Shown here: positions 36,045-46,651 of the stretch, in pieces
How positions within the stretch are numbered: position 1 is the first letter of the stretch
How the letters are laid out: each line of letters starts with the position of its first letter
Assembly: GCA_965116435.1 (NCBI GenBank)
Contig: OZ220686.1
Span: 1,594,844-1,658,843, forward strand
Length of the DNA: 64,000 nucleotides
Source: Rhodothermales bacterium
Lineage (GTDB): Bacteria > Bacteroidota > Rhodothermia > Rhodothermales > VXPQ01
Direction of reading: 5' to 3'
The notes under the pieces: generated by a model
Databases searched by the model: none
What the model saw: the letters and a program-made list of their open reading frames with translations, nothing else
What the model was told of the DNA's origin: nothing
Position numbers and translations under genes: made by a program

Positions 36045-39000
36045 TTATTCGTCGGGAGGCGCTATTTGCTCGCTGGCGTGCAGATACGACACGATATTCA
36101 GCACGTCTTCGTCGCTCAGGGCGCGGAAAAGGCCTTCCGGCATGAGCGACCTTTCGGACACTTCTCGCGACTGAATTTCGGACTTCTCAAGCGCCACGTC
36201 GCCCCGTCCGACAATGCGCAACGTCAATTGCCGATCCGTTTCGTTGGAAACGTTTCCGATCCAGGTCCGACCGTCGCGCATGGTCACGATCACCATGCGA
36301 TAATCGTCCTGGATGTCGTCGCTGGGGGTCAGCACATTCGAAAGAATGTACTCGATGTCGGTCCGGTTCGACCCGGTAAGGTCTGGACCAATCGCCCCGC
36401 CTGCATCGAACATGACGTGGCAAGCGGCGCAGACCCGGTCATACATCAAACGCCCTCGGGACGGGTCCGCGGCGGCGATCGCTTCCGGGGTAAGCAACGT
36501 ACGGTAGGCCGTGAAGGCCTCGTCGTCGTCCGAAGGGCCGTCGTCGATGGGGCCCCACACTTCCACAAACCCGCTCCCCACCACGCGCCGCAATTGCCGC
36601 GCCACATACGCCGGCACTTCCTCCCGCGCAAGGTCGCCGGATTTAATAGCCTCTGTGAGCATCCAGCCATACGTGGGGCGCGACGCCATCGTCTCGAGCA
36701 CGGTGCGCTTCTCCGTCGAGTTGAATGTGGGATACGATTCCATCAGGAAGGCGCCGAGGCTTTCCTCGTCAAACGCTGTCACCGCCTGAATCGCATCCAT
36801 CCGAAACTCCGGATCGCCAACAAGCGCCGGAATCTCGGCGACAAGCCCGGCGTGCTGCGTCTCCACAAGACTGTTCAGGGCGCCGCGGCGGGCGTCCATG
36901 TCCATGGTTTCATCCCCGAGCACAGCAAGAAGCGCTTCGCCAGCGCCCGAATCTCCGAAAATCTGCGCAATCTCCAGGGCCAGCGACGCCAGTTCCTCGT
37001 CTTCCTGAAGCATGCCGTACAGCGTATCCCATCCGGGCGGCGGCGAGGCGTCGCCATACCCTTCCAGACCATCTCGCATCCCCTGCAACAACTCCTGGCG
37101 GACGTCGCCGTAGCGGGAAAGCGCTTCCGTGAGCGGGCCGAGGACGTCTGCATCCACGGCGCGGCGGGCAACGAGTGTGGTCACCAGGGGAATCTTGCTC
37201 TCTGCCGCAAGGGCCAGCGCCCGATCCGGGTCCTCCGGCACAAGCGGCTCCACGGCGAACCAGATCATGTTGGGAATGTTGTGATCGCCGGCGTCCTCCG
37301 CCCGCCCAACGAGGCCCTCGGCAATGGCCCACCGGGCCGCATGGGGCATGCGTTGCAAGGCGGCGGCAAGGTACTTGCGCACCACGGGCGACGAGTCCAT
37401 CTCCGCCATATGGCTAAACTGCTCGAGGGCGGCTTCGCCGGGATCCATGTCCTCTACAAGCAGCTGGATAGCCCATGCGCGGACATATTCGTCCGGGTCC
37501 TCAAGCGCTTCCAGCAGCCGTTCTTCGGCGAGCAACCCGGCGACATGCAGGGACCACATGCCGCGCAAGCGATAATCGGGGTTTTCGTGCGCATCGAACT
37601 GGGCGCGAAGCGCTTCCTGCGCCTCCGCATCGATCGGGCGCTGCGTGGCGCGGTGTTGCAGAATGACCCGCGCGCGGCGCGCATGCCAGTCGCTGGCGCT
37701 CGTTTGCAGCGCGGCCAACTGCCTATCGGACAGGGTGCGGAGATCGTCGTAGCGTCCCTCCCAGTCCTCCGCGAGCGAATTTTCGGGCGTGATGCGAAAG
37801 ATTCGCCCGGTATCCTTGTCCATCACGTCGTTGCCGCAGATGTCGCCGTCATGCCAATCCAGCACGTACAGCGCCCCTTCGGGACCCACTTCCATGCTGA
37901 AACCAATCCATTGCGCATTGTTGGCCAGCATAAAGTCTTCGCCGTGGCTGGCCACATAGCCCGATCCCTCGGCGGTCAGGATATCCGACAGGACCGCATG
38001 CTCGTGAATGTTCGCCATGAACAACCGTCCCTGGTGTTCTTCGGGAAACGCATCCGACTGGTATACCCGGGCGCCTCCGTGCGCCGAGCGATGCCGGTGG
38101 TCGACAATGGCCTGGATGTCGCTGTAGACGTACGGATTGAAATGCTGCCCGCCCTGGCGATGATATATGCCGCCCTGGATGATATGGAATACATGGGGAA
38201 TCACGCAGGCCGTGATGAAGAACTCGCCCTTGGCGTCGTAATCGATGCCCCAGGGATTGCTGAAACCGTGCGCAACCACCTCGAAACGATCTTGAATGGG
38301 GTGGTAGCGCCATACGCCCCCGTCTATGTCCACGCCCTCTCCCTCAAGAATATCTTCGGGAAAGGGGTCGCCCTGTTTGTAGACCTGTTCGCCGGGCTCC
38401 GGTTTGTGGATTTTGGACGGCGTAGCAAATCCCTCCAGGCCATAGAGCCAGCCGTCCGGCCCCCAATGAAAGCTGTTGAGGGTCTCGTGGCGATCCCGGA
38501 TGCCCCAGCCCGTAAGAAGAATTTCGATGTCGTCCAGGTCGGCCACATCGTCGCCGTCGCTATCCGGGATGAACATAAGGTGGGGCGGCGCGCCCAGATA
38601 CACCCCGCCGAATCCGACTGCGATCGCCGACGGAAACGGGACGCCTTCCATAAACACCTTGCGAAGATCCGCCACGCCGTCCCGATCCGTATCCTCCAGA
38701 ATCAGGATACGGCTGTCCCCGAAGTTCGAGAACCCGGTCCGGCGGGTTTCGTAGTCGCGATTTTCGGCAACCCATAGCCGCCCGCGATCATCCCAGGCAA
38801 AGGCCATCGGTTGCGTGATCATCGGTTCGTTTGCCCAGGCGTTCGCCTCGAAGCCGTCCGGAAGCGTCATACTTTCTACCGCCCGAGCCGGCGTCAGAAA
38901 TTCCGCTTGCCGGCCTTCCCGCTGCGCAAGCGCCCAGAGCGCAACGACCGAGTACTGTTCCCCTTCCTGCCCGATGTACCGCTCCCACTCGTTCCGAATC

Positions 39001-40037
39001 TCAATGTCGCTCATTTGGCCCGTATAAAACAGGAGCCGGTGTTGTATAACTTCGGTTTCGCCTTCCGAAATCATCCAGCCCCCGAGGCGGGAGCGCGCCG
39101 GGCCTACGCCCAGCTGCCCGTCCACGCGCCAGGGGTGCGGAAAGCCTTCGTTGTCGGGATGGTCGAACATCGCCACACGCGCCATGTCGTCGCGCCCTTC
39201 AACCTGCATCCCCACGTCCAGCCACATGGCGCGCTGTCCTTCGGCGGCGCGGTTGCGCTGCCGCGCCGCATTCACCGCCGAACCTTCTATGCCCCGGGTC
39301 CACGGCATGCGCAGAAACAGGCCGCCGTACTCGAATTCCCCGATCATCACATCCGTCTTGGCTTCTCCGTTCCATTCGAGGTCCAGAAAATACCGGCCGT
39401 CTTCCTCGCTCATGGACCAGACCTGCGTTTCGACAAGCACGGTCTCGCCGTCCTCGTCGAGCAGGTCGTAGACGGTTCTCCAGCGGACTTCCAGCCCCCG
39501 ATCCGTCAACACGTCCACGGAAACCCGCCGCCAGTAGTCCCCCTCGGGATGATGAAAATAATCGCGCCCGTTGACTTGCGTAAATCCCCAGTACAGGCCT
39601 GTCTGGTGCGGGTGATGTCCCGGACTGTACTGCGTAAACAGGCCGCGTCCGTCCGGCGTGCGGACGGGGTGAATAAACGGCCGGAAATCCGGGCGGGCCT
39701 GCACGGTCAACAAGGTATCCTCGGTTCCCGCCCGGAGCACAAAAAGACGCTCGCCCGCCGCATCCTGACTGACGACGAGTTCCGTCTCGGCCCGCCCCGG
39801 CCGAGCCGCGGACGACAGGGCGGCGGAGCGCACGGTCGGAACCGGGTTCTGCAACGCCTCCTCGGCGGCGGGACGTGTAGCATCTTTCCCGTCGCCCGAT
39901 TCCGACGGACCCTGCAACACTACAAAACCCGCCAAAAAGGCGAAACCTGCGCAAAGCGAAACGATCCAGGAAATGGACTGCGGGGAACGACGGGGATAGC
40001 GTAAACGAGGGAACATGGGTTCAGGAATGTATTGCAT
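36045..40037 (-). CDS. 1330-aa fusion: PmoA-like (DUF6807) domain, membrane-bound-dehydrogenase beta-propeller domain, HEAT-like repeats, and a C-terminal c-type heme-binding domain
   Basis: FIHPVRTPDG..YSPGHHPHQTGLYWGF (PmoA-like/DUF6807 as I recall it). LPDGFEANAWANEPMITQPMAFAWDDRGRLWVAEN (PVC-type dehydrogenase domain). Helical repeat region. CAACHVMFDAGGAIGPDLTG (CxxCH). Confidence 0.75.
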   Translation of the reverse strand: MQYIPEPMFPRLRYPRRSPQSISWIVSLCAGFAFLAGFVVLQGPSESGDGKDATRPAAEEALQNPVPTVRSAALSSAARPGRAETELVVSQDAAGERLFVLRAGTEDTLLTVQARPDFRPFIHPVRTPDGRGLFTQYSPGHHPHQTGLYWGFTQVNGRDYFHHPEGDYWRRVSVDVLTDRGLEVRWRTVYDLLDEDGETVLVETQVWSMSEEDGRYFLDLEWNGEAKTDVMIGEFEYGGLFLRMPWTRGIEGSAVNAARQRNRAAEGQRAMWLDVGMQVEGRDDMARVAMFDHPDNEGFPHPWRVDGQLGVGPARSRLGGWMISEGETEVIQHRLLFYTGQMSDIEIRNEWERYIGQEGEQYSVVALWALAQREGRQAEFLTPARAVESMTLPDGFEANAWANEPMITQPMAFAWDDRGRLWVAENRDYETRRTGFSNFGDSRILILEDTDRDGVADLRKVFMEGVPFPSAIAVGFGGVYLGAPPHLMFIPDSDGDDVADLDDIEILLTGWGIRDRHETLNSFHWGPDGWLYGLEGFATPSKIHKPEPGEQVYKQGDPFPEDILEGEGVDIDGGVWRYHPIQDRFEVVAHGFSNPWGIDYDAKGEFFITACVIPHVFHIIQGGIYHRQGGQHFNPYVYSDIQAIVDHRHRSAHGGARVYQSDAFPEEHQGRLFMANIHEHAVLSDILTAEGSGYVASHGEDFMLANNAQWIGFSMEVGPEGALYVLDWHDGDICGNDVMDKDTGRIFRITPENSLAEDWEGRYDDLRTLSDRQLAALQTSASDWHARRARVILQHRATQRPIDAEAQEALRAQFDAHENPDYRLRGMWSLHVAGLLAEERLLEALEDPDEYVRAWAIQLLVEDMDPGEAALEQFSHMAEMDSSPVVRKYLAAALQRMPHAARWAIAEGLVGRAEDAGDHNIPNMIWFAVEPLVPEDPDRALALAAESKIPLVTTLVARRAVDADVLGPLTEALSRYGDVRQELLQGMRDGLEGYGDASPPPGWDTLYGMLQEDEELASLALEIAQIFGDSGAGEALLAVLGDETMDMDARRGALNSLVETQHAGLVAEIPALVGDPEFRMDAIQAVTAFDEESLGAFLMESYPTFNSTEKRTVLETMASRPTYGWMLTEAIKSGDLAREEVPAYVARQLRRVVGSGFVEVWGPIDDGPSDDDEAFTAYRTLLTPEAIAAADPSRGRLMYDRVCAACHVMFDAGGAIGPDLTGSNRTDIEYILSNVLTPSDDIQDDYRMVIVTMRDGRTWIGNVSNETDRQLTLRIVGRGDVALEKSEIQSREVSERSLMPEGLFRALSDEDVLNIVSYLHASEQIAPPDE

Positions 40038-40085
40038 GAGTGAGGTATGGCGTGCTCGGCGGAAAACGTCTGCGGGCGTTCCCGT

Positions 40086-41387
40086 TCAAGCATGTAGCAA
40101 GCGTTCGGCTTTTGTGATGATGGCCTCGGCCAATGTGTGTATATCTTCTTTTTCCGCCTCCGTAGCATCTTCTATTTCTCGCAGAACCAGCGCTTCGCAA
40201 CGCGCGCGAAGCGCCGGGATGTCCGGGATGCGATCCGGGTGCTTTTGCGCAAGGGCTTGAAGCCACACCTTGCCGTAATGCGCGTGCATCGTTTCGTCGG
40301 CCCAGTCAAAATCCATATCGCGCTGGCTTGCGCGATCCTGGTATGTCCCGAACGCATCCCGGCGCTGCACCTTCTTGCCAATATTCTTGGTCTCGAAATG
40401 ATGCAACATGCCCAGGCGCATGGCGGGATCCTGCCCGCCGGCGCTTTCATAAAGATAACTCCCCAGCGGGATATCGGACGCCTCGAATCCCCAGGCGCGC
40501 AATCGCTGGAGTCCCATACGGGTATGCCTGGCTTCGTCATACGTCCATCGGGCGGTATCCCGGATGTATTCCCAACCCAGTTCGTCGGCGAAGGCATGCA
40601 GAATGGCCCCGGCGGTCTCAACAGCCCACACCTCGTTCACATGGCTTATGGCGCTTCGCAGCTGCATGCGCACCCCTTCGCCATAGCCAAACGTGGAGTC
40701 GATGATATCGGGCCAGTAATACCTTGTGCAATGGAAACGGGGGTCGCGGGCAGGCCGGTCCGTCTGTCTGAAAGGCCGCCTGCCGATCAATGCGGGAGGG
40801 CTTGCCGGGGTGGGCGCATCGAACGAAAGGCCCCCTGCGGCCTGGAGCCAGGCCGAGAGCGCCTCCACCCAGGTTTCCGCTTCTTCCCTGCGTTGCGGGG
40901 CCTCGGAGAACATCGCTTCGGCGGCCTCCGTCAGCCATTCCACCTGGGCCGCTTTCTCCGCGGCCGCGATACGGATATGCCTTCGTATGGGGCCCTGGGA
41001 CAGTTCGTCCGCCTCCTCGCCAAAAGCAAGGTAGACGTCGCGTAGCGCAGGCTTGAATACGCGCGCCAGAGACCATACGAACGCCTCCGGCCCCGGCGCA
41101 TCGATCGCCGCCTCGCACACATCGATAAGCGGGGCGTCGTCCCCGATTTCCAGCATGCGGCTCGGAAATTTCAACTCGAATATCCGCTCGCGCAGCTGGT
41201 CTGCAATCAGACTGTCTTCCCATACGCAGCGCGGCAGGGTGGTCTTGACCTCAAACGACGCAATGGACGGGAGCCAACCTGCTTGCGCGATAATGAGCGC
41301 GCGCTCGCAAAAGAACAAGCGTTTCAGGATACGAGCCGAGTCGACCCGAAGCCATTGGCCGCGTTTATGATTGCCTGGCAGATACAC
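40086..41387 (-). CDS. Hypothetical protein, possibly ferritin-like/di-iron (DUF455-like)
   Basis: Helical protein with paired ExxH-type motifs (YDEARHTRMG, ADETMHAHYG). GTG start. Family call is tentative. Confidence 0.4.
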   Translation of the reverse strand: MYLPGNHKRGQWLRVDSARILKRLFFCERALIIAQAGWLPSIASFEVKTTLPRCVWEDSLIADQLRERIFELKFPSRMLEIGDDAPLIDVCEAAIDAPGPEAFVWSLARVFKPALRDVYLAFGEEADELSQGPIRRHIRIAAAEKAAQVEWLTEAAEAMFSEAPQRREEAETWVEALSAWLQAAGGLSFDAPTPASPPALIGRRPFRQTDRPARDPRFHCTRYYWPDIIDSTFGYGEGVRMQLRSAISHVNEVWAVETAGAILHAFADELGWEYIRDTARWTYDEARHTRMGLQRLRAWGFEASDIPLGSYLYESAGGQDPAMRLGMLHHFETKNIGKKVQRRDAFGTYQDRASQRDMDFDWADETMHAHYGKVWLQALAQKHPDRIPDIPALRARCEALVLREIEDATEAEKEDIHTLAEAIITKAERLLHA

Positions 41388-41429
41388 GCTTTCGTACGCC
41401 TTTTCCGAGGATAGATGGTCTGTGGCCCC

Positions 41430-43709
41430 TCAATAGGAATCGACGTCGAACTGCTTCCAGCCCACGTCTACGACGACGATGTCCTTCGCTACGCCATCCT
41501 GCATCAGCTTGACAAGCGCTTTGTACGGAAAATCCAGATTCAAGTCGCTTAGCCGGATGGAACCGCCGGAACCGGACAGTTCAACGCGATGCTCTTCCAT
41601 CATCGTCAGGTTGTCCACCGTGTTGATATGCACGACGCTCTCGGCCAACGCATGACGAACCTCCACGTGCAGGGAATCGTCCTGCACGGAAACATGCAGG
41701 TTGGCAGGCATGCCAACAATGACCGCCATGTCGTCCGCAAGCTCTTCCGGCATAATCAACTGCGTCTTGTCCGCCACGCGGCGGGAAAGAATGGGCTGAT
41801 GATTCCACACGTCCACGTACCGCCAATCTTCCGGGTGGTCCACTTCCATGAAGGGTCCAAGGACCCGGCGAGGATCCATGCGGTCAGCGAGGTCGACGCC
41901 GGAACGCTTGAGTGCGTAGGCGGGATACACCGCCTTGTCCTGAGACACGAACGCATTCACAAAAAGGTCGGGGTGTAACGCGGGTACGAGCGGTTCCGGG
42001 ACGTCCGTCAGGTACCCATCCCTGTGCTCGCGGATGATCCGGCTATAGCGGTGGATCATGATCCGCTCATCCCATGGATACCGATTCATCTCCCCGAAAA
42101 TATCCTCCCATACGATGAATCCCGTGCCATTGAACAAGGCATTGAGAATCAGCTCGCGGCGGTCCCGGGCGCTGCGGTTTATGTTATGTACGTTGTGCTC
42201 GGGTAGAACGAAGCGAAACAGGTCCACATTGGGCATCTTGTTCGTGGCGGCGCCCTGCTGATTCCAGCTGCCCGTCACGAGTTCGGCGGCCGCCAGAACC
42301 GGGCGCCCTTCGCTCACGAAAACATTCTCCGGGTTTACGGCGTCGAGCGCTTCCCGAAAAGCCGTGTCGGATTCCCGCATCGTGTCAAGAAACACCCCGT
42401 CCGCGCCAATGGCCTCGGCAATGCGCGCCTCCTCCGTAAAATGATTCTGGCCCTTGCGCATGATATCCCACGGCTTGTAGGGAATGAACACCTGTACGTC
42501 CCGCAGGTGTGCGCGCTCCACCATTTCGCGCAACCCCTCCAGACCCCCCGGAAGGTCTTCGTACATCGCAAACTGATCCCGGTCGTCGATGCCCATCCGG
42601 GGATAATCGTGCCAGAGAAGCATGTAATCGTAGCCTCCGAAATTCGCCTCCCCCTCGTCCAGAAATTCGTCGATTCGGAAGCGGTTCTCTTCGAAATCAT
42701 AGATGTCCCTTCCGTATAGAAACGTGAAGTGAGACACGAAACGCTGCCGGTATCGCTCCTGCACAGGCCGCTGGTAATAGGTAAAATCAAAATTATCGCG
42801 AATGTGTTTTCTGAACACCCGAAAGGCTTCATGCCAATCGCCTTCGTGCGGCGCAATGCGCGCATCCATCACCCGCGCCTCATGCTGAGGGTCCTGATCC
42901 AGCAAAAACGTATGGTGGACGTATTCGTCCTTGTTCTCGAAATCCCATTCGAGCGCCGAGTTGAGCATGTGAAAATACACCCCGGAATTCGTCTCGTCGC
43001 TGTACACGTCGATGGGCATTTTCGGATCGGTCCCGCGGGTAAAGTAGAACACGAAATCGTCCGGGCTATCGATGCAGAAGAATCGGTCCTGCGTCGGGAT
43101 CAGATAATGCCTTCCCGCCTCCGGACCTATCGCAATATCCTGCATCAACGGGAAACGAATCTGGCCCTGGACGGACTGCGCCTCCCGGTAATCCACGCCG
43201 GCCGTGGAATTATTCTTGACGTCCGCCGTCCAGTGCAGTTCGACCCCATCGCCCAACGTGAACCGCTGCGTCACGATAAACATATTCTCCACATAACTCG
43301 AGCGATGGCGGGATACGACGCCGACGCGCCCTTCCATCTGCACTTCCTCGAGGGTCAATATATCATACCCCACGTCATTTAAGGGCCAGGGCTGGCGCAC
43401 CGATACGAACGGCAGCGGGTCATTGCCCGCAAGCAGGTCTGCACCGCTCCTTTTATCGACCAGCTCGGCCAGGCGCACGCCGCGATCCAGCGAAAGCACA
43501 TACCGCACATGGTCGTTCTCCAGGACCACATGCCGCGGATTTTCGCGGTCGGGAATATAGCGTATTTCGGCGTCCGCAAGCGTTGCCAGAGGAACGCTCA
43601 TGGATAGAAACAGCAGGGCGGCTGCCAGAACGAAGAAGCGCTGTGGACGTATTCCGGTATGCATGAGAGGCGGGCGCAAGACAGGATGGACAGGAGAAGA
43701 TGAGCGCAT
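41430..43709 (-). CDS. Secreted hypothetical protein (759 aa), possible glycoside-hydrolase-like TIM-barrel core
   Basis: Signal peptide after an alternative Met (MHTGIRPQRFFVLAAALLFLSMSVPLATLADA). Central GGYDYMLLWHDYP...VFIPYKPWD...GADGVFLDTM looks like beta-strand-end acid/aromatic motifs of (beta/alpha)8 enzymes. Weak. Confidence 0.35.
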   Translation of the reverse strand: MRSSSPVHPVLRPPLMHTGIRPQRFFVLAAALLFLSMSVPLATLADAEIRYIPDRENPRHVVLENDHVRYVLSLDRGVRLAELVDKRSGADLLAGNDPLPFVSVRQPWPLNDVGYDILTLEEVQMEGRVGVVSRHRSSYVENMFIVTQRFTLGDGVELHWTADVKNNSTAGVDYREAQSVQGQIRFPLMQDIAIGPEAGRHYLIPTQDRFFCIDSPDDFVFYFTRGTDPKMPIDVYSDETNSGVYFHMLNSALEWDFENKDEYVHHTFLLDQDPQHEARVMDARIAPHEGDWHEAFRVFRKHIRDNFDFTYYQRPVQERYRQRFVSHFTFLYGRDIYDFEENRFRIDEFLDEGEANFGGYDYMLLWHDYPRMGIDDRDQFAMYEDLPGGLEGLREMVERAHLRDVQVFIPYKPWDIMRKGQNHFTEEARIAEAIGADGVFLDTMRESDTAFREALDAVNPENVFVSEGRPVLAAAELVTGSWNQQGAATNKMPNVDLFRFVLPEHNVHNINRSARDRRELILNALFNGTGFIVWEDIFGEMNRYPWDERIMIHRYSRIIREHRDGYLTDVPEPLVPALHPDLFVNAFVSQDKAVYPAYALKRSGVDLADRMDPRRVLGPFMEVDHPEDWRYVDVWNHQPILSRRVADKTQLIMPEELADDMAVIVGMPANLHVSVQDDSLHVEVRHALAESVVHINTVDNLTMMEEHRVELSGSGGSIRLSDLNLDFPYKALVKLMQDGVAKDIVVVDVGWKQFDVDSY

Positions 43710-43718
43710 GGCGGCGGG

Positions 43719-44561
43719 TCAGGAGACATCCATGGCGCACCGAAAACCGATGGTGGGCGTCCGGTTGAGTGCGGGCGTCATGTGCCAGAATTTCGTGCGC
43801 TGGTACACCGCTACGGGGCCTCCCTGCATGTACCAGAGGCTACCCTTCGCATGGAAGTAACTCCCCCCGCGCAGCCACGAATATTCGTGGTACCCGTCCG
43901 TCTGCCAGGAATCGGTCCATTCCCATACGTTTCCGGCCATATCCAGCACGCCGTAGGGGCTTGCGCCCTCTGGAAAACTGCCGACCGGAAGCGTTCCCTC
44001 CGAATCGGTATTGGCCTTTTGCGCATCGAACAATCCCCCCCAGGGCCATGTCCGTCCGTCCGTTCCCTGGGCCGCTTTCTGCCACTCCGCCTCCGTCGGC
44101 AATCGTTTGCCCGCCCATTCGGCATAGGCCCGCGCATCCTCCAGAGACACCCACACAACCGGATGGTCGGCCAGACCGGAAGGATAGGACCCATCCGTCC
44201 AGTGCTTCAGAAAATTTTCGGGCCAGACAGGTTCATAGCCCGTGGCGTCCATAAAGGCCTTGTAGTCGCGGTTCGTGACTTCCGTCCGGTCGATATAGTA
44301 TGCCGGTACATGCAGGGCGCTCGTCGCGCGATACCGGCGTCCATGCGCATCCACGACGAGCGTATCGTTGGTCAATCCCTCGCGCCACCGGTATTCGACC
44401 TGCATGCGGAAAACGCCCTCGGGAATCTCCACCATGCCTTTGGGGGGCAGGGAAATGCCTTGTTCGGCGACAGTATCCTGGTGCGCCGCCGTGAACACAC
44501 CCGCCGCCAGACAACAGAACGCGGCCGCGGGCAGGAAAAACCTTGCTGTATGACGCATCAT
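43719..44561 (-). CDS. Formylglycine-generating-enzyme (SUMF1/FGE-sulfatase) domain protein
   Basis: IDRTEVTNRDYKAFMDATGY, RLPTEAEWQKAAQG, GNVWEWT, RGGSY. Signal peptide present. Confidence 0.8.
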   Translation of the reverse strand: MMRHTARFFLPAAAFCCLAAGVFTAAHQDTVAEQGISLPPKGMVEIPEGVFRMQVEYRWREGLTNDTLVVDAHGRRYRATSALHVPAYYIDRTEVTNRDYKAFMDATGYEPVWPENFLKHWTDGSYPSGLADHPVVWVSLEDARAYAEWAGKRLPTEAEWQKAAQGTDGRTWPWGGLFDAQKANTDSEGTLPVGSFPEGASPYGVLDMAGNVWEWTDSWQTDGYHEYSWLRGGSYFHAKGSLWYMQGGPVAVYQRTKFWHMTPALNRTPTIGFRCAMDVS

Positions 44562-44579
44562 GAGTTCGGGAAAATGGGG

Positions 44580-45599
44580 TCAGAGGCTATAAAACTTGCT
44601 GATGGCTATGACCACCACCGCAATGGTCATCACCAGCAGGCTACGGTTGAGCAGGGCGCGGGGGCGGGCCGAGGCTTCTTTCCATTCCCCTCGCCAGAGC
44701 CCCCACAGGTTGCCCACGACGATGGACAGGGCAATGAAAATGGGCCAGCCGAGAATCGCGCCCCATGCCCCAAGGTGCGCAGCTCCCATGCCGTAGGTGT
44801 AAAAACTGCCGATCCACATGGCGCCCATGGCGGCGCCGAGCAACATATTCCGCCCGGCTTCGGGGCCCGCAAACGCACCGAGGGAACCCTTGCGGACCAT
44901 CAGAAACAGACACCAGGCCGCGTTCACCAGAAATCCGAGGGCGAAAAAAAGGCCCCAGACCGCATTGCCTGCAAACACAGGCGATACGCCAGCGGCAACG
45001 GCCGCGGCCTCCATGCGCGCGCCGAAAGAAATGCCCACATTCGGCAAGCAGGACAAAAGACCGGCTGCTATGGCGATCATGATCGCTCCCCGGAAAGCAC
45101 GGCGATCCGGCAATGCTCCCGTTGCGTTTTCGGAGGTCCTCTGCGACCCGGCCTTCGCGGACAGCACGATGCCAACCATCACCAACGCGGTCCCCGACAC
45201 AAGAATCAGGCCCTGCAGTTGCAACACGTCCCCCGGATAAAAAACAAGCAACGGAACAAGCGCCCCCATGCTGGCGATAAGCCCCATGATGATCGGGTAG
45301 CCAAGCGCCATGCCCAACCGATCCATGCCCACGCCGAAGAGTACCGCCCCAACGCCCCACCCCGCGCCGAATACGCCCAGCGTCATCAGGTCGCGCGCCG
45401 GAACGGCGGCGTATATCGCGGGAAGGTCGCCCAACGTGACCAGCGCCAGCGCACCGTTGAACAACAACATCCCGAAGAACGAGAAGGCGGCCCAGGTATG
45501 CTCCCATGCCCAGCCTCGCGTCAGGGTCATGGGAAGCACGAACGTACCTTGCAGTACGCCAGCGACCAGAACAAGCAGAAATCCTGAGGCGAGATCCAT
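44580..45599 (-). CDS. RhaT-family sugar:H+ symporter (L-rhamnose transporter-like)
   Basis: Collinear with E. coli RhaT as I remember it: ..RGWAWEHTWAAFSFFG.. vs KKWSWETMWSVGG, and FGAGWGVGAVLFGVGMDRLGMALG vs [24 protein letters not shown]. Ten TM segments. Confidence 0.7.
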   Translation of the reverse strand: MDLASGFLLVLVAGVLQGTFVLPMTLTRGWAWEHTWAAFSFFGMLLFNGALALVTLGDLPAIYAAVPARDLMTLGVFGAGWGVGAVLFGVGMDRLGMALGYPIIMGLIASMGALVPLLVFYPGDVLQLQGLILVSGTALVMVGIVLSAKAGSQRTSENATGALPDRRAFRGAIMIAIAAGLLSCLPNVGISFGARMEAAAVAAGVSPVFAGNAVWGLFFALGFLVNAAWCLFLMVRKGSLGAFAGPEAGRNMLLGAAMGAMWIGSFYTYGMGAAHLGAWGAILGWPIFIALSIVVGNLWGLWRGEWKEASARPRALLNRSLLVMTIAVVVIAISKFYSL

Positions 45600-45626
45600 G
45601 CCAGAAGCGAATGTGAGGCGGCGTGT

Positions 45627-46559
45627 TCAGGCAATGGAGGAGAACACGTCCGCACATCGACGGGACACCTTGTCGCGGTGCGGATAGGACAGAATCGTTT
45701 CGCGGAGCTCGGTCGAAAGCGACGCGGTCGTTACGCCCAGCGCGATCGCCTCGGTCATCGTGCGCTTCTCGCTCAGCCCGACCGCAAGCCCCGCATTGAA
45801 GGCGTCTCCGGCGCCCACGGTGTCCAGCACGTTGACGCGCAAGGCCGGAACCGTGCGCACGCCTTCGGACGAAACCCACAACACGCCCTTTTCGCCGCGC
45901 GTAAGGAGCACATGTTCCACGCCGAGTTCATACAGGCGAACCGCAATGTCCTCGTCCGGGGTCGGGTCGTCGGGCGGCAAGCCCAGACAAACACGCGCTT
46001 CTCCTTCGTTGGGAGTAAGCGCAAAAACGCATTGCACGTCGTGGCTGCGCAAATCTTCGGCGGGGGCGGGGTTCAGAATGGCGGATACGCCGTGGGCATG
46101 CGCCACGCGCGCAGCAGCCAACGCCGTATCCAACCGTATTTCAAGGGGAGAAACAATCACGTCGGCTTGCGTGATCGCGTCGCTGTGCAGGGCTATGTCC
46201 TCGGGGGAAAAATCCCCGTTGGCGCCCCGATCCGTGACGATGATATTGCGCCCGTCGGTACAGGATATGATGAATCCCGTGGCCGTAGGCGTTGTCTCGG
46301 CGTACAACACATGGTCTTCGCGAACGCCCTCTTCCCGCAACAATTCCAGAAAAGCCTCTCCGTACCGATCCCGCCCTATTTTCCCGAGGAAACGCGCATC
46401 CGCGCCCAGCCGGGCCGCTGCGACCGCCATATTGGACCCTTTCCCGCCATGCGTCTCATGGTAGTTCCAACCAATGACCGTCTCTTCAGGGACCGGAAGC
46501 CGGTCCGTATCTACCACAAGGGCGACCACATAACTCCCTACGATTGTTACGGCTCCCAT
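45627..46559 (-). CDS. PfkB-family carbohydrate kinase (ribokinase-like)
   Basis: GGKGSNMAVAAARLGA near the N-terminus and DTVGAGDAFNAG near the C-terminus. Confidence 0.85.
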   Translation of the reverse strand: MGAVTIVGSYVVALVVDTDRLPVPEETVIGWNYHETHGGKGSNMAVAAARLGADARFLGKIGRDRYGEAFLELLREEGVREDHVLYAETTPTATGFIISCTDGRNIIVTDRGANGDFSPEDIALHSDAITQADVIVSPLEIRLDTALAAARVAHAHGVSAILNPAPAEDLRSHDVQCVFALTPNEGEARVCLGLPPDDPTPDEDIAVRLYELGVEHVLLTRGEKGVLWVSSEGVRTVPALRVNVLDTVGAGDAFNAGLAVGLSEKRTMTEAIALGVTTASLSTELRETILSYPHRDKVSRRCADVFSSIA

Positions 46560-46651
46560 GTGCTTTCGTGCAGTCGCTCAAGCGCCGCATCGCCCGGAAA
46601 TACCGACGCCGCCAATGGCGGGGCACAAAACCCCATAGCGCCGGAACAGGG